A stretch of 61,795 nt of DNA, filler included, from Hausera hauseri (taxonomy: Eukaryota): assembly GCA_046269625.1 (NCBI GenBank). It is 10 parts of 10 records of this genome, joined end to end, with 100 filler letters (N's around TTAATTAATTAA, not from the genome) between each part and the next. Parts side by side here need not be neighbours in the genome. Positions count along the whole stretch, not along the records: positions 11,368 to 23,685 come from JBJURY010038888.1; positions 23,786 to 27,854 come from JBJURY010781979.1; 8 more parts are not named here. The stretch is one strand, 5' to 3'. Of the stretch, positions 11,692 to 25,150 are shown one piece after another. A program made the translations under genes and the position numbers. A model generated the notes under the pieces. It saw nothing but the letters and a program-made list of their open reading frames with translations. It searched no databases and had not been told where the DNA came from. The number at the start of each line of letters is the position of its first letter. Position 1 is the first letter of the stretch.

Positions 11692-11825
11692 GTGCAGTGA
11701 AGTACCTAGAGTGCTCTGCTCTGACGCAGCGCGGCCTTAAGACGGTGTTCGATGAAGCCATCAGGGCGGTCCTGTGCCCCCAACCTCTCAAAAAGCCCAG
11801 GAGAAGGAAGTGCATCATATTGTAA
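11692..11825 (+). CDS. RAC1: Last coding exon of a Rac-family small GTPase (vertebrate-like); 3' UTR-like sequence to about 12130
   Basis: Phase-1 acceptor ttttaccag|GT; [29 protein letters not shown], polybasic tract and CIIL CaaX; exact Rac paralog uncertain. Confidence 0.85.
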
Positions 11826-12134
11826 TGGAGATCCAAAGCAATTAGAAAACACAGCAAGACCTCACCTTCTTGAAGGAGCAAAGATAAAAACGAGGTTCCT
11901 TAAAGTATTTTTTTTTATCCTATGTCCTGGCTAACATGAGCCCCTTTCAGACTTTGAATCTGAGCCCGAGAAGCCTTTTCCAGCACTGGTGACATGTGTG
12001 AACTGACCGAGACAGAATGGAGTGTTTGAAGCAGATTCACTGATACACCTCTGAACCACATATGATGGTAGTCACAGAGCTGAGATGGTGGGTATGTGTG
12101 AGGGCGAGCCAGCGCTCTGGCTCTTGTTGATTTG

Positions 12135-15100
12135 ATAAAATGATGTCAGAATCAGGTTTCGGTTAAGCTAAAATTTCGACTGTTTTAAGCTTATCGCGGA
12201 GTTTTTCGAACTGGTTAACAAGTTCTGATGTCCAATATATGAGCTTTTTATTCGGCCCTGCTCCTAGTTGAGTGAAAGGAGCATTTAACTGGCTACAGTG
12301 TGAGATGTATTTATGGACAAAATGTAAAGTCCCAAGGAAACTACGCATGTCAGTAGTGGTTTTTGGTATCTCGATGTTTCATAGATAGTGGATTCTATCA
12401 GGCTGTGAACTGTGATTGTCAGTTGTGATGACATGGCTAAAGAAATTCACCTTTTTCTGGAAGAAGGAACACTTAAAAAAGTTTACTTGCAAATTGCACT
12501 TGTGCAAGCTTTGGAAAACTAGTCTGAGATGTTCTTTATGTTGTTTGGGCAATGCGACTAGTATGTCATCAATGTACGGATATACAAATGGCAAGCCTGA
12601 AAGAACTGAATCAATGTGCCGTTGGAAAGTTTGTGCAGCGTTTTCTAAACCGAATGGCATGAATGCGTATTCGAAAAGACCCAAAGGTGTTATGATGGTC
12701 GTTTTGGGATGTTTTATGGTGTTACCGGTATTTGGTGGTAGGCTTTTTTAAGATCTATGTTTGAATAAATCTTAGTTTTGTGCAATGAATGTAATATGTC
12801 CTTAATCAAAGGTAGAGGATAAGCGTCCATGGTAGTGACATTATTTAGTTGGCGATAATCGCCGCATGGGCGGAATGTGTCATATTTTTTCGGGATGACG
12901 TGAAGTGGTGATGCCCACGGTGATTTTGACCGTTTTATTATGCCAGCTTGTTTGATTGCAGAGAATTCCGCTTGGACTGCCTGTCGACGCCGTGGTAAAA
13001 GTGGGCGGGGTTTTTGCCTAACGGGCCTAGGATTTTCTGTGATGATATGATGAAGCGTCGTGTTAGCTGGTCGAAATGCTGGGTCTTTTTTATTGCGTGA
13101 AAACAAGACTTGGTTAAATATTGTTGCATTTCCGGGCTAAATGTAGTAAAGGCTGTTGTTATTATAGCAGTGGACAGATTGGATTTAGTGTCAGAAACGC
13201 TAGAAATTGAGTCGCCTAAATTGTCCTTGTCAATGCCTTTTGTTCTTCTATTACTGGACTGAAACAAATACGTTGGACTATTTATATTTGTATTAATGAC
13301 GTTCTTATTTGCGTCGGCTGATGGTTCTTTTAGTATCGATTTTATAGGCCAGGTAGGTTGCGTGATTTGTTGGTTATTTGTAGAGGTAGGTTTTGTGGAA
13401 CTGCTTTTGATGATCCGACGTTGTTTACAATCGACAAGGAGGTTGTAGAAAGATAAGAAATCAGATCCAAATATTAGAGATTGTGCATCGGCAACGATGA
13501 ATGTCCAATTGAAAATGTCGGAAAATGGTGGTAAAGTGAATGAAACCTTGGACGTGCCAAAAATGTGTAAAGTTTGGCCGTTAGCTGTGTATAATTTATT
13601 GTTAGATGGTGAGATGAATGGTGTTTTGATAGATGGTGGTAACAAAGAAACGGCAGTCCCAGAGTCAATTAGGAAGTTGATGGGTTGATTGGGTTTTGAC
13701 GTTAAGGAGGCTTTTAATGTGAAAACAGCGTAGATATGGCTATTAGATTGAAGGCGTTTACCTGTACAAGTATGTGCTGAAACATCTGGCGGCTTTGTCA
13801 ATTTTTTGGATAGTAGGATTTGGGGAGTCGGGAGAATTACGATGGAACTGGTTAAGTCGACTGGAAAACGTGCAACGGTTGATGCAGTTTCGGGCTTTAT
13901 TGCTGAACCTATTATAGTAAATACAAACGATATCGGATTTTTGAAAAGCTGGTGTAAAGAATTTACACCCTAAGCAACATTTTTTGGAATGATCCTTGAA
14001 TTTAGTGTGATTATAGCACCCCATATGTCGAGTAGGGGACCTAGCAGATCTCAAATTTTGCGATGAATCACGGCTATGATTGGGTGTGAATCGACCTCGT
14101 CGCGGTATGGATAAATTGCCCAGTTTCGAAGTTAAAGCAGAAATGGCTTGGTGTACTGCCGTGTTTTCAGCCCGAAAAGCGCTTATTTGGTTATTCAGCG
14201 CTAAGATTTCAGTGTTACATGGTGTCAAAGGTGGTTGTAATGTGGCTGCGATGATAGGAGTATAGTGTGCATCTAACATTTCATAGCTTTTATCAACCAA
14301 TTGTGCTAACTTTTCTAGCGTAGCGATGTCTTCAACGATGGTTAGTAAAGCGTGTATTTCTTTTGGTAACAATTGGAGGAAATATATACGCAATAAGTCG
14401 GCACTGTTTGTCTGGTTTATTCCTAACTTGATTAAGTGGGTTAAAGATTTTTGTAAAAACTCTGAGGGTTTCTGATTTCTTGTTGAATTATCATTAAAAT
14501 ATTTTTGGATAACGTTATCCAGAGAAGGCTCATTGAGTTTAAAAACGGCTTTAGATAGTGTCTCGTATGGATCTATGGTTTGGAAGATTTTGGAAAGATT
14601 TGGGAGCAGTGATTTAATAGTGGCTGGCAAGAGTATTAATAGACTATTTGCTTTGAAAAAAGGATCAGTAATGTTATTTGATTTTAGCCACTGTGCATGG
14701 AATTCTAGCCATGTACGACTGGAATGTTGTCTATCTGTAAAATAGTCGACACAAGGGAAATTGTCCAAAGAGGATGTTTCAGGTAGAACAAAAGGGGCTG
14801 CTTTAGAGGAAAGTTTATGGTAGGAATATCGGTGAGTTCCTGAGGTTCGTTTAATGCAGATTTGGTGTCGGAGCCACCGAATAGACGTAGACATAAAGTT
14901 ATTATTAGTGGTGAAGGTGGGGATAAAAGGATGATATTAGATCGGAATAATGAAGATGATATCCGTTTATGCTTAGTGTGTAGCCTTTTAAGTTAATGCG
15001 ATGAGCCAAATCTTAAAACAAATCTGCTACTGTTGCTTTAGTGTGTGCGGTGTGTGTGAATGTTTATTTTGAAGGAAAAAAAAATAGGGAAAAAGGTGAG

Positions 15101-15255
15101 TGCCATGTCAGGGGCATAGTGCGCTACCGGGAACACGATTGCGCCAAAACCACAGGTGCTGAGATTCGGGTAGTGTTAACGGTGGGTCAAACGCCGGAAC
15201 TGCCACTTTATAATTTTCACCTGCTGGCCTGGACGCACTGGTCTTTAGACGCATT
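12135..15255 (-). mobile_element. Gypsy family B copy 1 (leader, gag 13805-14894, PR, RT; truncated before RNase H)
   Basis: Gag with CYNH...CCLGC...CINRC motifs; FLIDSGTAVS; SPWASPLH, PCGDYRQLN, YIDD. Confidence 0.92.
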
Positions 15256-16030
15256 GTAAAAACGTATTTTTCTTCGGAAGTTTGACGTATTTGGTATATT
15301 GTATTATTTTTAATGACGAACAGAAAACAAGTTAAATATTGGTCTAATTCAGAGTCTTGTCCAGACAAAGTTGAATAAATATCGACCAAGTAAATAAAAT
15401 CGTCAAAATCGATGATTTGGTTATCGCGAGAAATTACTAGAATGCGACTTATCAAGTCTTGACAACACAACACCGGGGTTTTCGACCAACATTATGACGC
15501 GATCTGAACCGCAAATAATATCGTGTACGTTCATTTTGTAAGGGAAAAACTCCATCGTCAAAATGGGAATGTCATCCCGTAATTCAGTGTTTAAAACGTT
15601 TTCATTGTATATATTGGAATTTTCGTTGATATTAAACTCAACAATATTATTGGAAATTCTAATAGAAGTCGGAAAATTACCGCTAATTATTTCCTTTTGT
15701 AGAAGTGTAAATTTTGAAGTGTTTGGGTAAGTGGTCATTGGAAAATCCAAAAATATGATGTTAACACATTGGAAAAATGGTGAGAGTTGGTAACAGAAAA
15801 TGTGTGTAAGTATTCAATCAGTTTTATACAAAAACTAAATCTCTGCCAAGATGTTAAGTCGTTTCTGTAAACTACAAAATCTTTTAAATGCCTAATAAAT
15901 TTACTGTGTTCATAATAAGTGAACAATGCATAATAAAGGGAAATAGGAAATTCACTGACCTTAAACTGTATCGGCGTATCATTAAATCTGGTAATTCCAA
16001 AGCGTCTGTGAGAGTACGACAAAGATTTTT
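15256..16030 (-). pseudogene. Intronless fragment of an unidentified protein gene, fused between Sec7 fragment and Gypsy leader
   Basis: Overlapping ORF pieces 15108-15473, 15421-15750, 15735-16022; duplicated at about 18850-19620. Confidence 0.45.
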
Positions 16031-16034
16031 TTGA

Positions 16035-16200
16035 AATTTTGCTGATGACACAAAATCCTTTCGGAAAAAGTCAAACTGATCCACGTATGCATACATGACC
16101 TCGATATTATACTTGTTATTTTCACCAAGAAAATCTCCAATGGCCGTTTTTTCAAGTCGTTCGTCTTTGTATAAAAATTCCGCAATGTCATCCGATAAGT
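16035..16200 (-). pseudogene. Sec7 domain fragment of a BIG1/BIG2-type (ARFGEF) Arf GEF
   Basis: DIAEFLYKDERLEKTAIGDFLGENNKYNIEVMYAYVDQFDF..KDFVS. Confidence 0.85.
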
Positions 16201-16399
16201 CAGATTTTGAGGACGCTGTCGGAAGATTGTGAATCGTCGAGTACAATGACCTTGATATCAATGTAATGTAATTCAACTATTCTCGTTTGACTTTTGGAGA
16301 CGTCGGTTATTTTCGTCATTCGTGCGTTCAGTTCACAGCTAACTAAAATATTCTGAGACTTGTTCACTTGTAAACTGAAAGTAAAATTCTTTTTCCCAT

Positions 16400-17845
16400 C
16401 CAGTCTTTATTGTAGTATTCATTTATATGTTTTCTGATAGCATGTCGCTTATACATTACCACTGATCCAATGTATCTGTAATCTTTGGTCAGGTGATTTA
16501 TGAATTGGAAAAAGTTGTCGAGGTATTTGATAAAAGTAAAATAACACTAAAAATTTTTTTGTTCGACTCCAGCATCCCGTGAGTTTATCATTGTCTTCAT
16601 TATCGCTGTCATTTAAACCATTTTCTTTAATCAACAATTCCTGTTTCACATTCAATTGCAAATCATGGATCCTTACTGGAACAGTGTGACATGACTCTTC
16701 AGTAATAGTTGGTGACATTCTTGGCTTGATGTTAGATTTATTGATTGTCTTACTCGGTACAGTGCTATTAGATCGATTGTTGAATGGTCTATTAGAAGGC
16801 TTAGTCGAAAAATTGATGTTCGCAACCGGTTCGTAAGAACTGCCTACTGACTCCGTTTTCGGTGTAACAGAACGCATCATGCCTTCTTTCAGTTGGAAGC
16901 CTGCCAAACTCATTGATTTGGTTAACATGTAATGCTGAAGATCGTATATGCCAGACACGGACATGGATATATTTCGTTGATCGGTATCTTTTTGACTATC
17001 ATCATGTCTGTTATTTCAGGATCTTCGCAGAATAGAAAATAGTCCCCAGATGTTAGCACAAGATAATGTTTGTTTGGCAGCGGCTTTCCATAATTTTCAC
17101 GAGTACTTTCAATATGCCGGATTTTTCTTTTGATTTTGGCAAATAATCTTTCTTCTTGAATCATTTCCTCTTGCAATGTCGCAGTCATTTTCCGATTAAT
17201 CAAGAATGCTCCTCTCGACACAAATTTACTTTTGATTTTAAGAGCCAACACTACTTGAAAAAGGACTTAGTCGTGAATACTTTGCGTTGTAAAATCAAAA
17301 GCATGAAACACAAAATATCTCCCCAAAAGTCATTATTCATACTGGGACGATATAATACGTCAAATTTCGAGACCATGTCATGCCATTTGTGCATTGGATT
17401 TCGATGAGTTTGATCAGCCAACAGTAATTACGATTATTCAGTGCATTGAGATAAACACATCCTACTAGATGAAGGCCACATTTGATGAATATAACGGTGT
17501 AATTGTAGAATAGGATTATGTTCCATGATGATATAATATACTTCCGCTTGTTTTGCAACATTTGAAATCCGATCCAGAAGTAAACGGTACTTAAAATCAT
17601 GTATCCCAATGAAAATATTGTTGGTTTAATAATTCCGAGAACAAATACGGCTGTCAGGCAAAACCAGTAAAATTGATAAAAAATAAAGTATTTTATATAT
17701 TCAACGAGTGATGATTTTTCACAGATAAAATCCTTCTCTTCAATATAGGGCATATCATTGACTAAGGTTGGAATGTTTCGTGCACCTTTGTAGTCAAATG
17801 ATTGTTTTTCAATACGAAATACGTGGTACTGAAAATGCTTTGTTC
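16400..17845 (-). pseudogene. PIEZO: Intronless internal fragment of a Piezo mechanosensitive channel
   Basis: FYWFCLTAVFVLG...IFSLGY...WNIILFYNYTVIFIK...CWLIKL; DILCFMLLILQRKVF; SRGA; SGDYFLF. Confidence 0.88.
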
Positions 17846-17914
17846 ATAATTTAAACAAAAGGGGTGGGAATAGTTAAATCACGACTGCGCCAGAAATTCC
17901 TTTTTTTACTGCTC

Positions 17915-18040
17915 TACCATTGGTCAGTTTTCCTTACCCCCGATGACGTGTCCTAGTCTCATGGGCCTGTTTTCCTTCCCCCGATGACGTGTTCTCCTCT
18001 AATTGGCTTCCTTCCTTCCCTGGGGTAGGTGGGTGTCTTG
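17915..18040 (-). repeat. About 41-bp tandem repeat (CCCCGATGACGTGT core), homologous to the repeat downstream of pPolB at 56845-56933
   Basis: Reverse complement matches GGGAAGGAAAGAAGCCAAT...GGACACGTCATCGGGGGAAGGAAAAC. Confidence 0.75.
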
Positions 18041-18088
18041 AGATAGGAAATTTATATGGGCGGACTGTCCTCACATGCCCCTACTTTT

Positions 18089-19620
18089 GTGTCTGACATA
18101 TCCGATCTTCAGTATTACATGTTAAACAAATCAATGAGTTTGGCAGGCTTCAAACTGGAAGATGGCATGATGCGTTCTGTTACGCCGAAAGTGGAGTCAG
18201 TAGACAGTTCTTACGAACCGGTTGCGAACATCAATTTTCCGATTGAGACTTCTAATAGACCATTCGACAGTCGATCTAATAGCACTGTACCGAGTAAGAC
18301 AATCAATAAATCCAACATCAAGCCAAGAATGTGACCAAATATCATGAGGAGTTATATCACACTGTTCCAGCAAGGACCCATGATTTGAAATTGAATGTGA
18401 AATAGGAATTGTTGATTAAAGAAAATAGCTTAAATGGCAGCGATAATGAAGACGATGATAAACTCACGGGATGCTGGAGTCAAATGAAAAAATTTTTACA
18501 GTGTTATTTTACTTTTATCAAATATCTCGACAACTTTTTCCACTTCATAAATCACCTGACCAAAGATTACAGATACATGGNNNNNNNNNNCATAAACGAC
18601 ATGTTATCAGAAAACATATAACTGAATACTGCAATAAAGACCGGATGGGAAAAAGAATTTTACTTTCAGTCTACAAGTGAACAAGTCTCAGAATATTTTA
18701 GTTATTTGCACAAAGACGAACGACTTGACAAAACGGACATCGGAAATTTTCTTGGTGAAAATAATAAGTATAATATCGAGGTCATGTATGCATACGTAAA
18801 TTAGTTTGACTTTTCCCGAAAGGATTTTGTGTCCTCATCAGCAAAATTTCAAAAAAATCTTCGTCGCACCCTCACAGACGCTTTGGAATTACCAGATTTA
18901 ATGATATGCCAATACAGTTTAAGGTCAGTGAATTTCCTATTTCCCTTTATTATGCATTCGTTTACTTATTATGAACACAATAAATTTATTAGGCATTTAA
19001 AAAATTTTGTAGTTTACAGAAACGATCTACCATCTTGGCTGAAATTTAGTTTGGCATAAAATCGATTGAATACTTACATACATTTTTCTGTTACCAACTC
19101 TCACCATTTTCCCAATGTGTTAACATCATATTTTTGGATTTTCCAATGAACAGTTATCCAAACATTTCAAAATTTACACTTCTACAGAAGAAAATAATTA
19201 GAGGTAATTTTCCGAATTCTATAAAAATTTCGAATAATATTGTTGACTTTAATATCAACGAAAATTCCAATATATACAATAAAAACGTTTTAAACACCAA
19301 ATTATGGGATGACATTCCCATTTTGACGATGGAGTTTTTCCCTTACAAAATGAACGTACATGATATTATTTGCGATTCAGATCGCGTCATAATGTTGGTC
19401 GAAAACCCCGGTATTGTTTTGTCGAAAGACTTGATAAGTCGCTTTCTGATAATTTCTCGCGATAACCAAGTCATAGATTTTGACGATTTTATTTACTTGG
19501 TCGATATTTATTTAACTTTGGACAAGACTCTGAATTAAACCAATATTCAACTTGTTTTCTGTTCGTCATTAAAAATTATATAACATACCAAATGTGTCAA
19601 ACTTCAGAAGAAGAATACGC
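18089..19620 (+). pseudogene. Inverted duplicate of the Piezo-Sec7-unknown chimera (Sec7 junction has an internal deletion)
   Basis: Colinear reverse-complement similarity to 15256-16958. Confidence 0.88.
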
Positions 19621-22600
19621 TTTTACAATGCGTCTAAAGGCCAGTGCGTCCCGGCCAGCAGGTGAAAATTATAGAGTGGCAGTTCCGGCGTTTGACCCAC
19701 CGTTAATACGACCCGAATCTCACAGCACCTGTGGTTTTGTCGCAATCGTGTCCCCGGTAGCGCACTATACCCCTGACATGACACTCACCTTTTTCCCTAT
19801 TTTTCTTTTCCTTCAAAATAAACATATGCACACATCACACACACGCTAAGGCAACAATAGCAGATTTGTTTTTAGATTTGGCTCATAGCATTAACTTAAA
19901 AAGATTCACACTAAGCATAAACGGATACTACCTTCATTATTCCGATCTAATATCATCCTTTTTATCCCCACCTTCACCACTAATAATAACTTTATGTCCA
20001 CGCCTATTCGGTGGCTCCGATACCAAATCTGCATTAAATGAACCTCAGGAATTCACCGATATTCCCACCATACACGTTCTTCTAAAGCAGTCGCCTTTAG
20101 TTCTACCTGCAGCATCCTCTTTGGTCAATTTCCATTGTGATGACTATTTTACAGATAAACAACATTCCAGTCGTACATGGCTAGAATTTTATGTACAGTG
20201 GCTAAAATTAAATAACATTACTGATCCTTTCTTCAAAGCAAGTAGTCTATTAATACTCTTGCCAGCCAGTATTAAATCACTGCTCCCAAATCTCTCCGAA
20301 ATCTTCCAAACCGTAGACCCTTACAAAACATTATTCAACGCCATCCTTAAACTCGCCGAGCCTTCAATGGATAACATTATAAAGAAATATTTCAATGACA
20401 ACACCATAGGCACTAAAACCCTCTGAATTTTGACAAACATCTTTAACCCAATTAAACAAGTTAGGGGTAAACCAGACAAACAATGCCTACTTACTGCGTA
20501 GATATTTCCTTCAATCATTACCGAAAGAAATACGCGCTTTACTAACTGTAGATGAAGATATCGCTACGTTAAAAAAGTTAGCACAACTGGCTCATAAAAT
20601 ATTCAATACACACCATACTCCTATTGTCGCAGCCACATTACAACCACCTTCGACACCACCTAACGCTGAAATCTAAGCACTGAATAACCAAATAAACGCT
20701 CTCCGGGCTGAAAACACTTCAATGCACCAAGCCATTTCTGCTTTAACTTCTAAATTGGACAATTTATCTATGCCGCGACGAGGTCGATTCACACCCAATC
20801 ATAGCCGTGCTTTATCGCAAAATTCGAGATCCGCTAGGTCCCCTACTCGACCTATGGTGTGCTATTATCACACTAAATTCAAAGACCAATCCAACAAATG
20901 TTGCTTGGGGTGTAAATGCTTTACACCAACTTTTCAAAAATCCGACATCGTTTGTATTTACCATAATAGGTTCAGCAATAAAGCCCGAAACTGCATCAAC
21001 GGTTTCACGTTTTCCAGTCGACTTAACTAATTCCATCGTAATTCTCCAAATTCCTCAAATCCTACTATCCAAAAAAACTGACAAAGCCGCCAGATGTTTC
21101 GGCACATACTGGCACAAGCAAACGTCTTCATTCTAATAGCCGTACCTAGGCTTTTTTCACATTAAAAGCCTCCTTAACATCCAAACCCAATCAACCAATC
21201 AACTTTCTCATTGACTTAGGGACTGCTGTTTCTTTGTTACCACCATCCATCAAAACACCATCCATATCACCATCTAACACTAAATTCTACACAGCTAACG
21301 GCCAAGCTTTACGCATTTTCGGCACCTCCAAAGTTTCATTCACTTTACTACCATTCTCCGGAATTTTCAATTGGACATTCATCGTTGCCGACACAAAATC
21401 TCCAATACTTGGGTCTGATTTCTTATCCTTCTACAACCTCCTTGTAGATTGTAGACAACGTCAGATCATTAAAAGCAGTTTAACAAAACCAACCGATCAT
21501 GCAGCCTATCTCAACTAAAAAATCAATATTGAAAAAACCATTAACCAATGCGTATAAAAACCTTACTGATAAAAACAATATAAACAATCCTACTTTTCTG
21601 TTGAAGTCCGATTTAGGCGGCCTGATTTCTACCATTTTCCACAATAAGTCCGATCAAACCTTTACTACGCTTAGCTAAGAAATGCAACAATATTTAGTCA
21701 AGTCTTGTTTTCATACAATTAAAAAAGACCCAGAATTTCGAACGGCTAACACGACGTTTCATCATATCATCACAGAAAATCTTAGGCCTGTTAGGTAGAA
21801 ACTCCGCCCACTTTCACCACGCCGTCGACAGGCAGTCAAAACGGAATTCTATGCACTCGAGCAAGATGGCATCATAAAACGGTCAAAATCACCTTGGGCA
21901 TCAGCACTTCACGTCGTCCCGAAAAAAGATAGCACATTCCGCCCATGCGGCGATTATCGCCAATAAAATAACGTCACTACCATGGACGCTTATCCTCTAC
22001 CTTTGATTAAGGATATATTACATTCCTTACACAAGACAACAATCTATTCGACCATAGATCTGGGAAAAGCCTACGACCAAATTCCGGTAGCACCAAAAGA
22101 CATAAAAAAACGGCCATTATAACATCTTTTGGTCTTTTCGAATACGTATTCATGCCGTTAGGTTTAAAAAACGCAGCACAAACTTTCCAACGGCACATTT
22201 ATTCAGTTCTTTCAGGTTTGCCAGTTGTATATCCATACATTGATGACATACTAGTCGCATCGGCATCATTTAAACAACACGAAGAACATCTCACACTAGT
22301 TTTCCAACGCTTGCACAACCACAATTTGAAAGTGAACTTTTCTAAGTGTTTCTTCTTTCAAAAAGAGGTCAATTTCCTTGGCCACGTCATCACACCCGAC
22401 GGTCACAGTCCACAGCCTGATAGAATCCATCGGGTACGAAACATTGAGCTACCAAAAACCACTACTGATATGCGCAGTTTCCTCGGGACTTTACATTTTG
22501 TACATATATACGTCCCACACTGTAGCTAGTTAACTGTTCCTTTCGCTCAACTAGGAGCAGAGCCGAAGAAAAAGCTCATATATTGGACGCCAGAACTTAT

Positions 22601-23685
22601 TAACCAGTTCGATGAACTCTGCGACAAGCTCAAAAAAGTCGACATTTTAGCCTACACAAAACCTGATGCTGACCTCATTTTAACAACCGACACATCAACT
22701 ACAGCAGTAGCAGCGGTTCTTCATCAAATATCTCAAGGTATAAATAAACCCTTAGAATTTTTTTCTCGCAAGCTGCAGCCACAAGAACGCCGTTATTCCA
22801 CCTTCGATAGAGAACTCCTGGCAATTGTTTTAACTCTGAAACATTTTTCACATTCGCTTATCGCTCGTTCCTTCACTATCCAAACGGACCACAAACCTCT
22901 TGTTCACGTAATGAACATGAAACAACCATCACTGCGACAAGAATGCCGTATATTATATTTGTCAACATTCAGCTTTAAAATTCGCCATATTTCTGGCACA
23001 GACAATTTAATAGCCGATTTCTTATCACGGTCAGTTGAAGCAATTAGCGTCACACCAATATTTTCAAAGGACCAGTTAATCCAAAATCTACCTTCCAATG
23101 AAATTCTGCAACAATACAAATCCGTGCAAATCACCGATGGAATAGCCATGGATACTTCGACACCTGGACAACATTTGGCAATTTTGACACCTCCTCTCCA
23201 ACGAACTGCATTTCAACATGTTTATTCTTTGCATCACCCAGGTTACAAGGCTACATTCTGCATTCTCAAACACCACGTAACATGGCCATCGATGAGGTTT
23301 GATGTACAGAGTTGGGTTAGGCAATGCGTAACTTGCCAAAAGTTCAAAGTAGCTAAATATCTTAAACCACCATTATTCCATTTCCCGTGTTCATCCCGTT
23401 TGAGTCAGTTCACATAGATATCGTTGGCCTATTACCTTCCGATAATGGTCACCAATTTATTTTAACAATGATGGACTGCGCGTCTCGTTGACCTGAAGCC
23501 ATCCCTTTTCGCTCCATCAATATGGACTCCATTGCAGACGCATTCATAAGGTTTTGGATTAGTTGGTTCGGTTTACCTAGCTATATAATTACAGACCAAG
23601 CTCCTCAATTTGAGTCGAATCTATTCAAATCTTTATTTAATCGACTGGGCATAAATCACATACACACAACGCCATATCACCCCCA
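19621..23685 (+). mobile_element. Gypsy family B copy 2 (leader, gag, PR, RT, RNase H, partial INT), decayed
   Basis: Inverted homolog of copy 1; YIDD; YSTFDRELL; HHPG...CVTC; ITDQAPQFES; TTPYHP. Confidence 0.92.
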
Positions 23686-23792
23686 NNNNNNNNNNNNNNN
23701 NNNNNNNNNNNNNNNNNNNNNNNNNNNNNTTAATTAATTAANNNNNNNNNNNNNNNNNNNNNNNNNNNNNNNNNNNNNNNNNNNNCTAACTA

Positions 23793-24840
23793 CTACTCAT
23801 TTATGGTAATTAAATGTACAATTGTGATACACATGGCCACTTCACTTGGACCAGTACCAACTTGTACTTCTTTATCCGTCACTGCTTTTTGCTTTAAAAC
23901 TTCCGCCTCAGACGTTTGTACTCCTTTTTCCCTATCGTGTATTTCCAATTTCTGGCTGAACAGATTCCTTTGGTTGAACGGACCGGCTGATTTTTTCTGC
24001 CTACTTCCGAATCCGTTATATTGTTTTTGCATGTTCTTCCATTTTAGATCTTGGGATCTTGTTGAAGTTTTCCAATTCCTTTTTTCTTTTGGAGGATTCA
24101 GCTAATTTCTTCTTCAGCTTTCGGATTTCTTCACTGCAATTTCCAACTTCCTTTTCTTTAGGTTGAGCTTCCCATCTCTTGGCGAAACGAGGGCCAACAA
24201 ATTTCGGATCCTGTGAGTTAACATATTCGACTGGCGCCTTCAACTTTAAACTGCATCGGCTTTTCTTCATTCGCTCATATTCCTTCTGCCATTTTCATCT
24301 AATTCGTTCGCTAATAACAATACGCTCCTTCGTATTGTCTCCTTCTTCCAAAGCTTTGGCTAACTGATCCAGACACCGCTTAGTTTCTCTGGGCTTTCCA
24401 GTTTCTGTTCCTATTAACCTTTTGAGAGCATTTGTAGTTTCTTTTATTTCCACGGCAATTTTCGACATCTTTTCTGATACTTGTCGAGCTTGTTTCCTCT
24501 TCGCAATAATGGAACTTGTGTCCGACACGTAATCATTGCTCGAATCTTGTGTGAATGTGAGATATTCTCGCAATTTTTGAACTATTGATTTATCTTTTTT
24601 ATTGGGACTTTCCTCCGATTTGTCCAACTGGCCTTCTGCTTTGTCCAATTTGCCTTCTGCTTTATCCTATTTTCCTTCTGAATTGCTTCCTTTTATCTGT
24701 TTTGTATTGTCCTTGGGGTTGATCTGAGCTCTGTGCAAATCGGCTTCAGATTGCTTCTGCTTTCCTTCTGCTTTCCATTCAAATTGCGCTGCTGCAACAA
24801 CCAATTTTTCCTCCAGCGTTTGAGTATTCATTACTGAGCC
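23793..24840 (-). pseudogene. Charged coiled-coil protein gene divergent from pPolB copy 1, function unknown
   Basis: ORF pieces 24295-24648, 24016-24270, 23793-24032; KAEGxLD repeats; CACTAATTTTTCAG acceptor near 24842. Confidence 0.4.
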
Positions 24841-25150
24841 CTGAAAAATTAGTGAGAAAGGAATGAATTACACTGATTTATATATGACTCAGGTATGTGT
24901 ACACATTTTTGCTTTGTGTACTTTGTGTGCTTTATGTAATAATAAAATATGTTTGTAATCAGATTATTTTATGTATGTATATATGTAATAATGTTTCATA
25001 ACCATATGACATAACATTTTCTAGGCGTGTACATGTGGATTAATATTACATAATTACGTGAGTTAATGCTAACATTCACACGTGGACATACTGAACATTG
25101 CCTATAAATATAACTTTATATTTACTAGAATTTGCCTTACAAACTTAACA

